A stretch of DNA of 20,000 nt from Moniliella sp. 'wahieum' (GCA_003971905.1 RSEE01000139.1:120992-140991); one strand, 5' to 3'; numbered from the stretch's first letter, positions 11,594-20,000 are shown. Translations and numbers: made by a program. The notes: generated from the letters alone by a model not told the origin.

Positions 11594-12674
11594 TGTTGTT
11601 GTGGAAACATGTTCATTTCAGCCTCATAATACTTGTTGACCCACAAATGCTAGAGTGCGACTTGAGAGCACTCGCGATCCTATGGATCAGCTGCAAGCAA
11701 CCTTCAGACAAGGCGTAAGGCAAAGTGGTGAGCCACAAGTCTTCAAGCAACGTCTGAAGGGAAGGAGAAAGGAGAGAGAGGGAGATGGAGCGAGCAGGGC
11801 TGCGCGGCCTGCGAGCGGAACGCTTCCGCTCGGCTAGGCGAGCGTCACCGATCCATTGAGGGCCGTGCAGGAGAACCCTAGCAGTACCCTCTAACAGCCC
11901 CCCTCGGTGAGCTCGCCAGACCACAGGTGGGTGGTCCGGCCAAGGGCCAAGGCATGGGTGAAGAAAAGGATGTCTCCAACGCCTCTGGTCAAAAAGTGAA
12001 ATGAAAAACATAATTGGCAAGCGATGTTGCCATCAAGGAAGAGAAACAGTATATTCAACGCAGGAGGTAAGGAGGAAGCGTAGAAAGTCACAAGGTCATT
12101 CAACTTGGAAGTATAAACAACATGTTCCAAGTCGAAACAGGATGTTCAACGTATGAGGAGGAAGCGTAGAAGTCATAGAGGTCGATTCAACTTGGAGGTA
12201 GAAACAACATGCTCCAATCGAAAGAGTATGTTGAACGTGTGCAGGTAAGGAAGCTTTGAAAGTCATAGAGGTCGATTCAACTTGGATATAGACAACATAT
12301 GCCAAGTCGAACAGTAAAAACGTAGAGTTGAGGTCGAGTAGAGCCTAGAAGGCAATGCAACTTGAAAAGAAACCAACAGGTCAAATTTGGCACAGCCATG
12401 AAAAGGAGAAAAGGACCAAATTCAGGACGAAAAAGGATGACGACTGGTCAACCGTCACGCGGTATCAGGAGATGGAGATGGAGGAAAGGATAGAATCATA
12501 TTCATCGAGTGGCATAGGCGAGGTATATAACCTCGGAGAAGAGTAGAACAGGTGAGCTGAGTCACACGGAGAAAACAAAGGGGAGCATAGACCAAAAGGG
12601 GAAACAGGGTCTAGAACAAAACAGGGTTCAGTCGATCTGGTAACCATCGGTACCAGGTGGGTCTGATCCCGACA
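11594..12674 (-). repeat. Possible long 3' LTR of the truncated copia remnant
   Basis: On the minus strand, about 85 bp downstream of the RNaseH stop, purine-rich GGTGGAGAG is followed by TGTCGGGA (begins 12674). Candidate distal ends (TGTTG on plus) are at 11594 or 11634. There is no second copy to confirm the boundaries. Confidence 0.35.
12043..12316. repeat. Three diverged tandem units of about 86-91 bp
   Basis: Units start at 12043, 12134 and 12220, with a partial one at 12309. Each contains GGAAGC, AAGTCA, GGTC(G)ATTCAACTTGGA and ACAACAT. Confidence 0.9.
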
Positions 12675-12759
12675 CTCTCCACCGATCCTGTGGACGCCTT
12701 TGGTCTACTTCGACAAGATCGACATGGGAACTTGTCGCCTCCCACCGATCCAAAGGATC

Positions 12760-13627
12760 TCAGATCAGGGTGAGAGCTTGAGCAGCACGCGGCGCGTCGT
12801 CAGTCCACGCGGTAGAGCTTTGGTAAAGATGTCTGCAGCATTGTCGGAGCCAGGAATGTGTTAATGGCAGCCGACCGCGTTGGATCTCCGTACGGACAAT
12901 GGTAGCGCCAGTCAGGTGGCGAAGACGGCCAGTGGAACCGATCTTGACAGAGTCGCCGTAGGCGCCTTGGCTGTCCGAGCGGATATGGATAACTTCAGCG
13001 TTGGTAACCAATTAAACTCGGCTAGTACGTTGCGAAGGTACTGAGCCTGCTGTAGACCCTCTGCGACCGCCACGTACTCGGCAGCTGTGGTGGAAGATGT
13101 GGTGAGCGTTTGCCGAGGCTCTCCCAAGAGACATGGACACCCCAGACGAAGAGAAAACCAGTGATGTTGCGTTGGTCGGGCGCCCCGTAACTTGCGTCGC
13201 AATGTAGAAGGAGAGGCAGGTCCGAGGGGTGCGCTGAGAGGGAAAGAGCTGTGTCAGCCGTGGCTTGAACGTAGCCGAGAGCATCCCACGCAGCTTGGCG
13301 GTGAGCCGAAGACGGGTCGCTGGCGAAGCGGCAGAGAAGGCGCGTGGTGAAGGCAAGATCCGGGCGGGAGATGCGCGACAACCAAAGGAGACTGCCGACA
13401 ATGGCTCGGTACTGATGGTGCTCAGAAGGAGTCGCACGCGGCTCGTCGCCCGGGCGAGGCTGGAGACAGACGCCGCTGCGGAGAGGAACAGTGTGCCGAT
13501 GCGTGGTGGGGACAGCAAAGTCGGAGATTAAAGACTGGACAAAGGTGCGCTGGTTCACAAGGAAGGAGCCATCCAGTTGGGCTGCAAAGTGCGCGCCGAG
13601 GAAGGTAGAGAGGGGGCCGGAGGAACT
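12760..13627 (-). mobile_element. Truncated Ty1/copia pol remnant (RT C-terminal part and RNase H)
   Basis: Motifs GPLSTFLG, YRAIVGSLLWLSRISRPDLAF, LHCDASYG, TSSTTAAEYVA and IRSDSQGA, plus DNAADIFTKALP in another frame. It is frameshifted, and similarity stops abruptly at about 13627. Confidence 0.9.
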
Positions 13628-13654
13628 CTAGACATATGTTATTGAAATCAATTG
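13628..13654. repeat. 27-bp exact direct repeat, copy 1 (candidate element terminus)
   Basis: CTAGACATATGTTATTGAAATCAATTG, identical to 14159-14185. Confidence 0.9.
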
Positions 13655-13947
13655 CAGGCTGGCAATTATTGATCGGCTCCGCCTGACGTCCAAAATCATA
13701 TTGATTTTGAGATGACCCGGGTTGAGCCTGAGCGATGACCTATGACGTAGTCACGACCGGGCCCCGGGGCCTGACCGGTGAGCGCGTACCAGTGACTAGT
13801 GACCAGTGCCCAGGAGATGTTGGTGGCACACGCATTAATTCAACAGAGCCCGCCGCCGCGGTCAGAGCCTAGTCAGATATTCACGTGAAGGACTGCATAA
13901 CTCCGTCGATTTTCTCTATGAAAATGACGTTTTTCGTCTCAGAATTA

Positions 13948-14152
13948 CAGAGGTTGCAAAATGTCAGGCACCACAGTGTGTAAGTGCGAAAATGTGGCGC
14001 CTGACAGATGGTGACCTCTGACAGTTTGGGCGCGGGGCCTGTGTGCTGGAATGCAGAGTTTACGCTGGCCCGTCTGAAACGTGCGGAGGGCGAAGGGAGG
14101 TGCCTGACGGTTGGTGACCTCTGACAGTTTGGGTGCGGGGCCAGTGTCCTGG
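13948..14152. repeat. Imperfect inverted repeat plus about 51-bp direct repeat of the same motif
   Basis: 13948-13975 is the reverse complement of 13993-14020 at 22 of 28 positions. 13999-14049 is repeated with a few substitutions at 14102-14152. Confidence 0.85.
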
Positions 14153-14158
14153 CGGTGC

Positions 14159-14185
14159 CTAGACATATGTTATTGAAATCAATTG
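14159..14185. repeat. 27-bp exact direct repeat, copy 2
   Basis: Identical to 13628-13654. Confidence 0.9.
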
Positions 14186-14409
14186 GTGATTTTCAATTTG
14201 AAATCGGCCACCACCTTGTTAGAAAAACCACTAGGTGAAGAATCGCGAGCCCGGTTGGTGAGAATCGTACAAGGTCTGAGATGGCCCGCGGTCCGACAAG
14301 CCCCGGCCGGTGACTGGCTGACCGCTGACGAGCCTGTCGTGACGACGCTCCGTCCCGCCGGCCTGACCAGTGACTGCCCAACGGTGACCAGCATTAATTA
14401 AATAGCAAC

Positions 14410-14477
14410 GCCGCCGCCGCCCGCCGCCCGCCGCCGCGACCGCCACCACCACCACCACTCCCACCACCACCACTACC
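14410..14477. repeat. GCC/ACC low-complexity tract that served as the retrotransposon target
   Basis: (GCC)n then (ACC)n up to the target-site duplication. The ACC-rich sequence resumes at 19536-19575. Confidence 0.85.
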
Positions 14478-14637
14478 TGTCGGCCTCGCTACTACCACAG
14501 AATGTGAGCACTGAACGTCGTATTGGACTAAGAAGCTTCTGCGACTGACTCGTCCAGAAGACTGGTGCGAGCTCGGAAGGAATGAAAGCTGACTCACGTG
14601 ACTCAGGGTCCGCGCGGTCCTAGGACGGATGTCAACA
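14478..14637 (-). repeat. 3' LTR (160 bp)
   Basis: Reads TGTTGACATCC...GGCCGACA on the minus strand. Base-by-base identical to 19376-19535. Confidence 0.97.
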
Positions 14638-17600
14638 CCCCCGCTGACCGGAGGGCCCAGTCATGTGGACTGGATCCATCTCCTCGACGCGGAGTTGAGC
14701 AAGATGGCTTGTCAGGGCGGGACGGCCGAGAGGCTTGGTGAGGACGTCCGCTGGGTTCCTTTCGCCGGGGATGTGTACAAGTATGGCCTCGCCCGAGTCC
14801 ACGTGTTGCCGTACATTGTGGTACCGGATCTTCAGCTCTCGGAGCTTGCCGGTGCTGCCAAATTTGTGGGCGAGATCGACGACAGACTTATTGTCGCAAT
14901 ACCAATGAATGGGTGTACCCTCGCCGATGGCCCCAAGCTCGATCATGATGTTCTTGACATAGTTGGCGTCAACCAGTCCATCATATCCTGCCGTATATTC
15001 GGCGGCGGCGGTACTGGTAACGCTCTTCGGCTGAAGAATGGATCGCCACGACACCGGCACACCGTACACCATCAGTAGGCATCCAGATGTGGAGCGTGCC
15101 TGGATGGGATCTCCCGCCAAGTCGGAATCTGTATACAGCGCAATGGCCGGTGCATCTGATGTTGGGGTCAACCTCAGGCCCTTTCCTCGAGTATGGTACA
15201 GGTAGCGAAGGAAGTCATCGACTGCTTGATGATGCTGCTGCGATGGGTCGGCAGCGGCTCTGCTGAGGGCCGTGATAGCGAAGAGGGAGTCAGGCCGGCC
15301 CATTCGTGCAGCCCACAGTCCCGATCCGATCTTCCCCTGATATGCCTTGCGCAAGGCTGGGAGGGATGGGGGTTCAGGGTCGGCACGGGGCGGTATCATC
15401 CGTACGGGATGTGGGAGAGTCCGGATCCACGGGGCTTTGATGTGGTGCTTTGCCACCACTTCCTCGATGAACTTTGGTTGGCTCAGGTACAGCTCCCCAC
15501 CGATCCGATCGTATTGGCATCCCAGGTGGTAGTGAAGGGGACCGTTACCACGAACATCAATGTGTGTGTTTATCTCGGCCATAAACTCCTCGTACTTTTG
15601 GTGTGACTTGCATGCGAGGAGCAGATCGTCGGTGTGGACCGCCAGGAGGATCTGCTCACCCGGTGGTGCAGCGCGCACGAACAAGCAGGGCTCGGTCAAG
15701 CTTTGCGTGAAGCCGAGCTTGTCACGCAGCAGGTTCCGGATGTATCGTGCCCAGTTTGCTCCGCTCTGATGTAGCCCGTATAGACTCTTCTTGAGACGCC
15801 ACACGCGACCACCCGCTTCGGGGAAGTAGGGGGGTGGGCGGATGTAGACTGCTTCTTCGAGGGGGGTTCAGGTACGCTGCATTGACGTCCGCCGAGAAGA
15901 GGCCAAACTTATACTTCTCGGCCAGCACGACGAGGGTCAGGATGGCAGGTGTGCGCACCGATGGTGCGAACGTCTGGCCCCAAGTCTCGGCCGATTGTTG
16001 GTGTCCGCCCGCGACAAAGCGCGCGCGGTGGCGCAGGAACCGGCCCTCGGCGTCCGTCTTTGTGGTGATGCGCCATAGTCCTATGAGGATTTGTGCACCC
16101 GGTGGTGGGTACGTAGCCTCGTAGGTGCCGTATCGCGCGAGTGTGGCCACCTCGTCGGCCATAGCCTGCTTGACCATGGCAAAGGAGGGGTGAGTCTCGA
16201 GACCCTTGAGCGTCTTGGGAGCGAGGGGTACGCCATCCTTGGTGAGCTGAACCGTGTCCGGGTGGATGGGTGCGCTGAGAGCAGTCATGGCGGCGTATTC
16301 GGGAGGTTGAACTGTGTCGGCAAACGGGGGGGCGGATGTGTCAGGTAGGGGGCGGGCGATGCCGATCTCTGGTGCGGCGCAGTGGGGCGTGGCGGCTGCA
16401 GCACGAGCATGGTAGGTCGTGTCGGTGGGGTCGTCAGCGATTGGGAGTGTGTGCAGGTCGAGGGAGGTGCGGGTGGTGCGCTGGCGGAGGGGGTAGCGGC
16501 GCGGAGGGGGGGTGGTGGTGGGAGCGGGTGTCTGGGGTGTGGCGGCGGTTCGGGGCATGGGTGCTGCCGCGGCTGGCGGAGTAGGGTTAGCGTCTTTTTC
16601 ACTGTCGATTTTAATTTGAGGTGATTTGGAGATGTCGGGTGGGAAGTGGTCGGGGTGGAGATGGGGGTAGATGGCGTTGCCCCATTTGTACGGTTTCGAC
16701 CAGCGGTAGGTGAAGGTACCCAGGGATGGTTGGTATGTGGCGAAGAGCCATCCCTTTGATCCGCGCTGATGGTGGTATCCTACCAGCATACCTTCCTCTG
16801 CCCGCGCGCTGAGCTTGTGCTCGCGGCGTGACTCGGGCAGATGGAGGTATGCAACGCGGCCAAAGGGTTGCATCGGTAACGAGTATGCGTGGCCTTTGTA
16901 TCGCTCAAATCGCGATTTGTTGTCTTCCCCGGATGTTTTGAGTGGCATTTGGTTTTGGGTGAAGCACGCAGCGTGGAGGCTGTGTTCCCACCAGTCCGAC
17001 GTCGGAAGACCTGTACCCAAGAGCAACTGCCTTGCACGAGTCGTTATGGTTCGGATGGCACGCTCAGCCACACCGTTGCTAGCACTCTGCCCCGGGATTG
17101 TCCGTTCTGACGTGATGCCTTGCTCGTCCAGAAAAGGTTGCAGTGCGCTTGTCAATTCGGGGGCGTTGTCCGTGCGCAAAGTCCGCAGCAGTCTGTCCGG
17201 GCCGTAGCGTTGCTCCCGCAATATGAGGTTCCGCAGTTCCTTCGTTGCAGCGCCCTTTGTCGGGATCGCTGTGGTGAAGACGTACCGCGTGAAGTCATCA
17301 ACGGCGACGAGGGCGTATCCGTGCCCCATGCCGGTTACCCGGGGGAGGTCTACTACGTCGACGTGGAGGACCTCGAAAGGTCTTTTGGATCGGAGGCGGT
17401 CCCGGCTCGGATGGGGCGATGCTGTCGCTAGTGCCACCGCGCATGTTGGGCAATCCCACTCTGAACGACAGAGGGAGATATGCTTGGCTGTGACGCGGAG
17501 GCCTGCGGTTTCCGATCGTGTAAGCCAGGGGAGGAGGTCGATGGCTGCGTGGTTCCAGCGTTTGTGGGCTTTAGAGACGTGGTCCAGGGCCAGGGATGCT

Positions 17601-18073
17601 GCGAGGGAGTTTGGGGTTGAGGGTGGGTCGGCCGGTTTGATCGGTTTGGTCGCCATGGCCCGCAGGGGTGTGGGTGGCGTTCGCGGGTTGTGTAAGATCG
17701 TGAATTGATAGTCACTGCCGGTTACTTTTCGTAGGGTGGATCCTGGGTTACCAAGCCAGATACCCTTCTGGTGTGGGGCGAAGTATGATGCGATTCCGGT
17801 GTTCGACAGGTGTGCTACACTGACGAGATTTCGGCTGAAACGGGGCATGTATAGGCTGTTGGGGAGTTTTATCTCCATTTGGTGTCCTCCTAAGCATCGG
17901 ATACGGATTGTGGCCGTGCCTCGTCCTTCCGCCTTTACATGTGTCCCGTTAGCAACCTCTATCTCGTCGTCGCAAGGGGTCATGGATGTGAAGACGGATT
18001 TGTCTTTCCAAATGGATGGGAATGCCCCACTGTCATATAATGCCCGGATGATTCGCATTTCGCCCCCGAGTTC
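14632..18073 (-). CDS. pol: Pol polyprotein (protease, integrase, reverse transcriptase, RNase H); one frameshift in a homopolymer near 15861-15866
   Basis: PR: LYDSGA. IN: HKRWNH..CPTC, LHVDV, LRTDNAPE, SNGVAER. RT: RARFVAGG, DVNAAYLN, LKKSLYGLHQSG, VHTDDLL. RNaseH: YTDSD, AAEY, YCDNKS, NPADVLTKPL. The stop lies in the first bases of the 3' LTR. Confidence 0.95.
14638..14648 (-). other. Polypurine tract (short)
   Basis: Minus-strand GTCAGCGGGGG directly precedes the TG of the 3' LTR. Confidence 0.75.
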
Positions 18074-19321
18074 CTAGTAGTCAGCTGTGCCCGCATCAAC
18101 GTCAATCACTTCAGACTCGGGAGAGCTCGCTCTCTGAGCGACGTGAGCGTTGGCTCGGCCTGGGTTGCGCGGAGGGACAACAGGTTTATTAGACGTCGCG
18201 CTGCGCCAGGGTTGGTTGGTGCGGTCTTGCCCCTTGGTCTTTGTGTCCGCGAGGTTGTCGTCGCCGGCTTTGCCCCCGCTGGAGTTTTTTCCCCCGCTGG
18301 TGGGTCGTCCCCCGCTGTCGGGTCGAGTCCAAGGCGTTCCTCCGTTGACCGGCTTGCCTCCGTTTCTCTTCCTTTCTCCACCGGGATACGTGGCGGCTGG
18401 TATGTCCATCACGGCCTGCCGTAACTTGTCTAGACTCGAGCGCTCTTCACGCTGGCGAATGCTCATGTCGCGTAAGCCGAGTAGGATCCCAGTGCGTTCC
18501 TGCTCTTCCGTAAGTGGGATGCCCGCTCGCGTCAGGCTTGCACTGATCTCTTCCATGTAGTCGAGGTAGTCTCGACCCGATCGGTTTCCTTGGTCGGCCG
18601 AAAAGTAGCGAATGAGTAGAGGCCCTCTGTTTGCGGTAGGCGTATATCCATACCGCTGACGCAGCATGTTCAGCGTGTCCTGGGTGCATGATATTTCGTG
18701 GTGGGTGCGGATCGTCCGGAAGAGGGTTGACGGCATGGCTTCCCTAAGAAGGTTGTGCAAGCGTCTGTCGAGGTCCTCGGTGAAGTAGCGGGAGCTGCGA
18801 CCATTCTGGACGACGTCGCTTGCGTGGGGGTGGGCATCTGTTATCGCGAAGAGAAATTCGTCTTCCCAAGCGCTGTAGGCGGACGGGTCTTTGTTCAGAT
18901 CAGGCCACTTGATATTCTTGGTGGGAGACTCGCGTAGTGATCTGTAAAGGTCGTACTCGGGTCGCGAGGCTGCGCCTGTAGGTGCCCCCAAAGTTGCGTT
19001 GGGTTGAGTTTCCATTTGGTGGATGTTTTGCACCACAAAATTCGTAGCCCGTCGAACCCAGTTTGTCGTGATAGACGTAGGTTCGTCCTTCCATCCAAGC
19101 CACTCGGCTCTGTCGTGTATAGCTCTGTTGATCTTCTCTTTAACGACATCGATGTCGTTCGTCTTCTTGAACCACAGGTGCGCTTCGGCGCAAAGCATCA
19201 TGAGTTCCTCGTTGTCGGTGCCAATCGGTGGCGGATCGCGACCGGTTGGTGTCCAGTAATCGCGCTTGTTCACCATTGTGGTGTCGCTGACCGAGAGATC
19301 GGTGTTAGCGTTGGCGCCCAT
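18074..19321 (-). CDS. gag: Gag protein of the copia element (about 415 aa)
   Basis: First ATG after the 5' LTR is at 19321 (MGANANT). It has a copia-gag-like helical region (YSAWEDEF; LNMLRQRYG; DYLDYMEEISASL; ILLGL) and a basic Gly-rich tail, and ends at TAG 18074-18076. Confidence 0.85.
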   Translation of the reverse strand: MGANANTDLSVSDTTMVNKRDYWTPTGRDPPPIGTDNEELMMLCAEAHLWFKKTNDIDVVKEKINRAIHDRAEWLGWKDEPTSITTNWVRRATNFVVQNIHQMETQPNATLGAPTGAASRPEYDLYRSLRESPTKNIKWPDLNKDPSAYSAWEDEFLFAITDAHPHASDVVQNGRSSRYFTEDLDRRLHNLLREAMPSTLFRTIRTHHEISCTQDTLNMLRQRYGYTPTANRGPLLIRYFSADQGNRSGRDYLDYMEEISASLTRAGIPLTEEQERTGILLGLRDMSIRQREERSSLDKLRQAVMDIPAATYPGGERKRNGGKPVNGGTPWTRPDSGGRPTSGGKNSSGGKAGDDNLADTKTKGQDRTNQPWRSATSNKPVVPPRNPGRANAHVAQRASSPESEVIDVDAGTADY

Positions 19322-19359
19322 GGTTGTGGGTGTAGTTTTGGCCAGCTCAGGGATGAGCA

Positions 19360-19375
19360 GATAAGGATGTAACTC
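19360..19375 (-). other. Primer-binding-site position (non-canonical sequence)
   Basis: Minus-strand GAGTTACATCCTTATC abuts the CA end of the 5' LTR. It is called by position only; no primer was identified. Confidence 0.55.
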
Positions 19376-19535
19376 TGTCGGCCTCGCTACTACCACAGAA
19401 TGTGAGCACTGAACGTCGTATTGGACTAAGAAGCTTCTGCGACTGACTCGTCCAGAAGACTGGTGCGAGCTCGGAAGGAATGAAAGCTGACTCACGTGAC
19501 TCAGGGTCCGCGCGGTCCTAGGACGGATGTCAACA
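19376..19535 (-). repeat. 5' LTR (160 bp)
   Basis: Identical to 14478-14637. Confidence 0.97.
19488..19503. promoter_or_regulatory. Two AP-1/Gcn4-type sites overlapping an E-box in the presumed U3 of the LTR
   Basis: TGACTCA-CG-TGACTCA contains TCACGTGA. The same sequence is at 14590-14605. Confidence 0.55.
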
Positions 19536-19670
19536 CTACCACCACCATTTTCACCACCCCCACCTTTTTCACCACGCATCGTCGTTTCATAGCGCGCATC
19601 GTCCATACCTGCAATCCATTCGGTGCTAGCCCCTCTGGAGCCCACATGCCATCTCTCGTGCACACTGGTT

Positions 19671-19912
19671 GGGTAGGGTTAGGGATGGTGGGTGTAACTT
19701 GTCAACGGTGCGTCCAATCGAGAAACGGAGGCCATATGCTGCATAGAGCGGACGATTTTATAGCGAGCTATCGTCGAGGCCATCGGAGGGTGGGTGGGGT
19801 GGGTCGGGGTGGGTAGGGTTAGGGATGGGGGGTGTAACTTTTGAACGGGTGGTCCAATCGAAAACGGAGGGCATATGCTGCATAGAGCGGACGATTTCGT
19901 AGCGAGCTATCG
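19671..19912 (+). repeat. Two subtelomere-like units with 140-bp period, each starting with a telomere-like seed
   Basis: 19671-19773 and 19811-19912 both begin GGGTAGGGTTAGGGATGG and share TGTAACTT, GTCCAATCGA and CATATGCTGCATAGAGCGGACGATTT..TAGCGAGCTATCG. Confidence 0.9.
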
Positions 19913-19978
19913 CCTCGGCATAACTCTCCCCCTCTCCCTTCGGGTAGCTCGCTACTACCCTCGCCCTCGGCCCTCCCC

Positions 19979-20000
19979 TAGGGTTGGGTTAGGGTTAGGT
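19979..20000 (+). repeat. Start of a TTAGGG telomere-like tract
   Basis: TAGGG TTGGG TTAGGG TTAGGT at the window edge, with the G-strand oriented as for a right chromosome end. Only about 4 imperfect units are visible. Confidence 0.6.

Larger units (their letters stand above)
14478..19535 (-). mobile_element. Full-length Ty1/copia LTR retrotransposon (5058 bp), very recent insertion
   Basis: Identical 160-bp LTRs with TG..CA ends. 5-bp target-site duplication CTACC at 14473-14477 and 19536-19540. Domain order is gag-PR-IN-RT-RNaseH. Confidence 0.98.

Noticed and set aside
12043..12316. Regularly spaced repeats as a CRISPR-like array
   Set aside because: Whole units are similar with no unique spacers, the context is eukaryotic, and no cas genes are present.
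13628..14420. Hammerhead ribozyme or Penelope-like telomeric retroelement
   Set aside because: CTGACGA at about 14325 has no properly placed GAAA or stems, and no Penelope-type RT is visible.
15855..15870. Frameshift inside RT as a possible programmed frameshift
   Set aside because: It lies in a G6/C6 homopolymer in the middle of conserved RT, which fits a sequencing error or mutation.
19322..19663. Gag ORF appears to extend 114 codons upstream through the LTR into flanking DNA
   Set aside because: The extension crosses the LTR and target-site duplication, so it is a chance open frame; the plausible start is ATG 19321.
19948..19959. CTCGCTACTACC shared between the LTR end (19383-19394) and the telomere-proximal sequence
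   Set aside because: A single 12-mer in C-rich sequence; chance is not excluded, and the clean target duplication indicates normal integrase insertion.

Overview
Fungal (probably Ustilaginomycotina, basidiomycete) genomic window that appears to run towards a right-hand chromosome end. Left half: a degenerate PL14 polysaccharide lyase remnant, an eIF4E-family gene with one intron and an apparent Trp73->Thr change, about 1.7 kb of non-coding DNA full of 7-nt-period microrepeats built on different 6-bp palindromes, an APC-family amino acid permease with four introns and an 8-nt microexon, and an intronless SSB-type Hsp70. These host genes carry many small deletions that look like long-read consensus errors. 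Right half: a truncated Ty1/copia RT-RNaseH remnant, cut off at the first of two identical 27-bp 'head' sequences of unknown origin. Next is a very recent full-length Ty1/copia element (14478-19535, minus strand) with identical 160-bp LTRs and a CTACC target-site duplication; its gag and pol are in the same frame, separated by one TAG, and its primer-binding site is non-canonical. The window ends in 140-bp-period repeats seeded with TTAGGG and a short TTAGGG tract. All calls come from reading motifs by eye; no searches were run.
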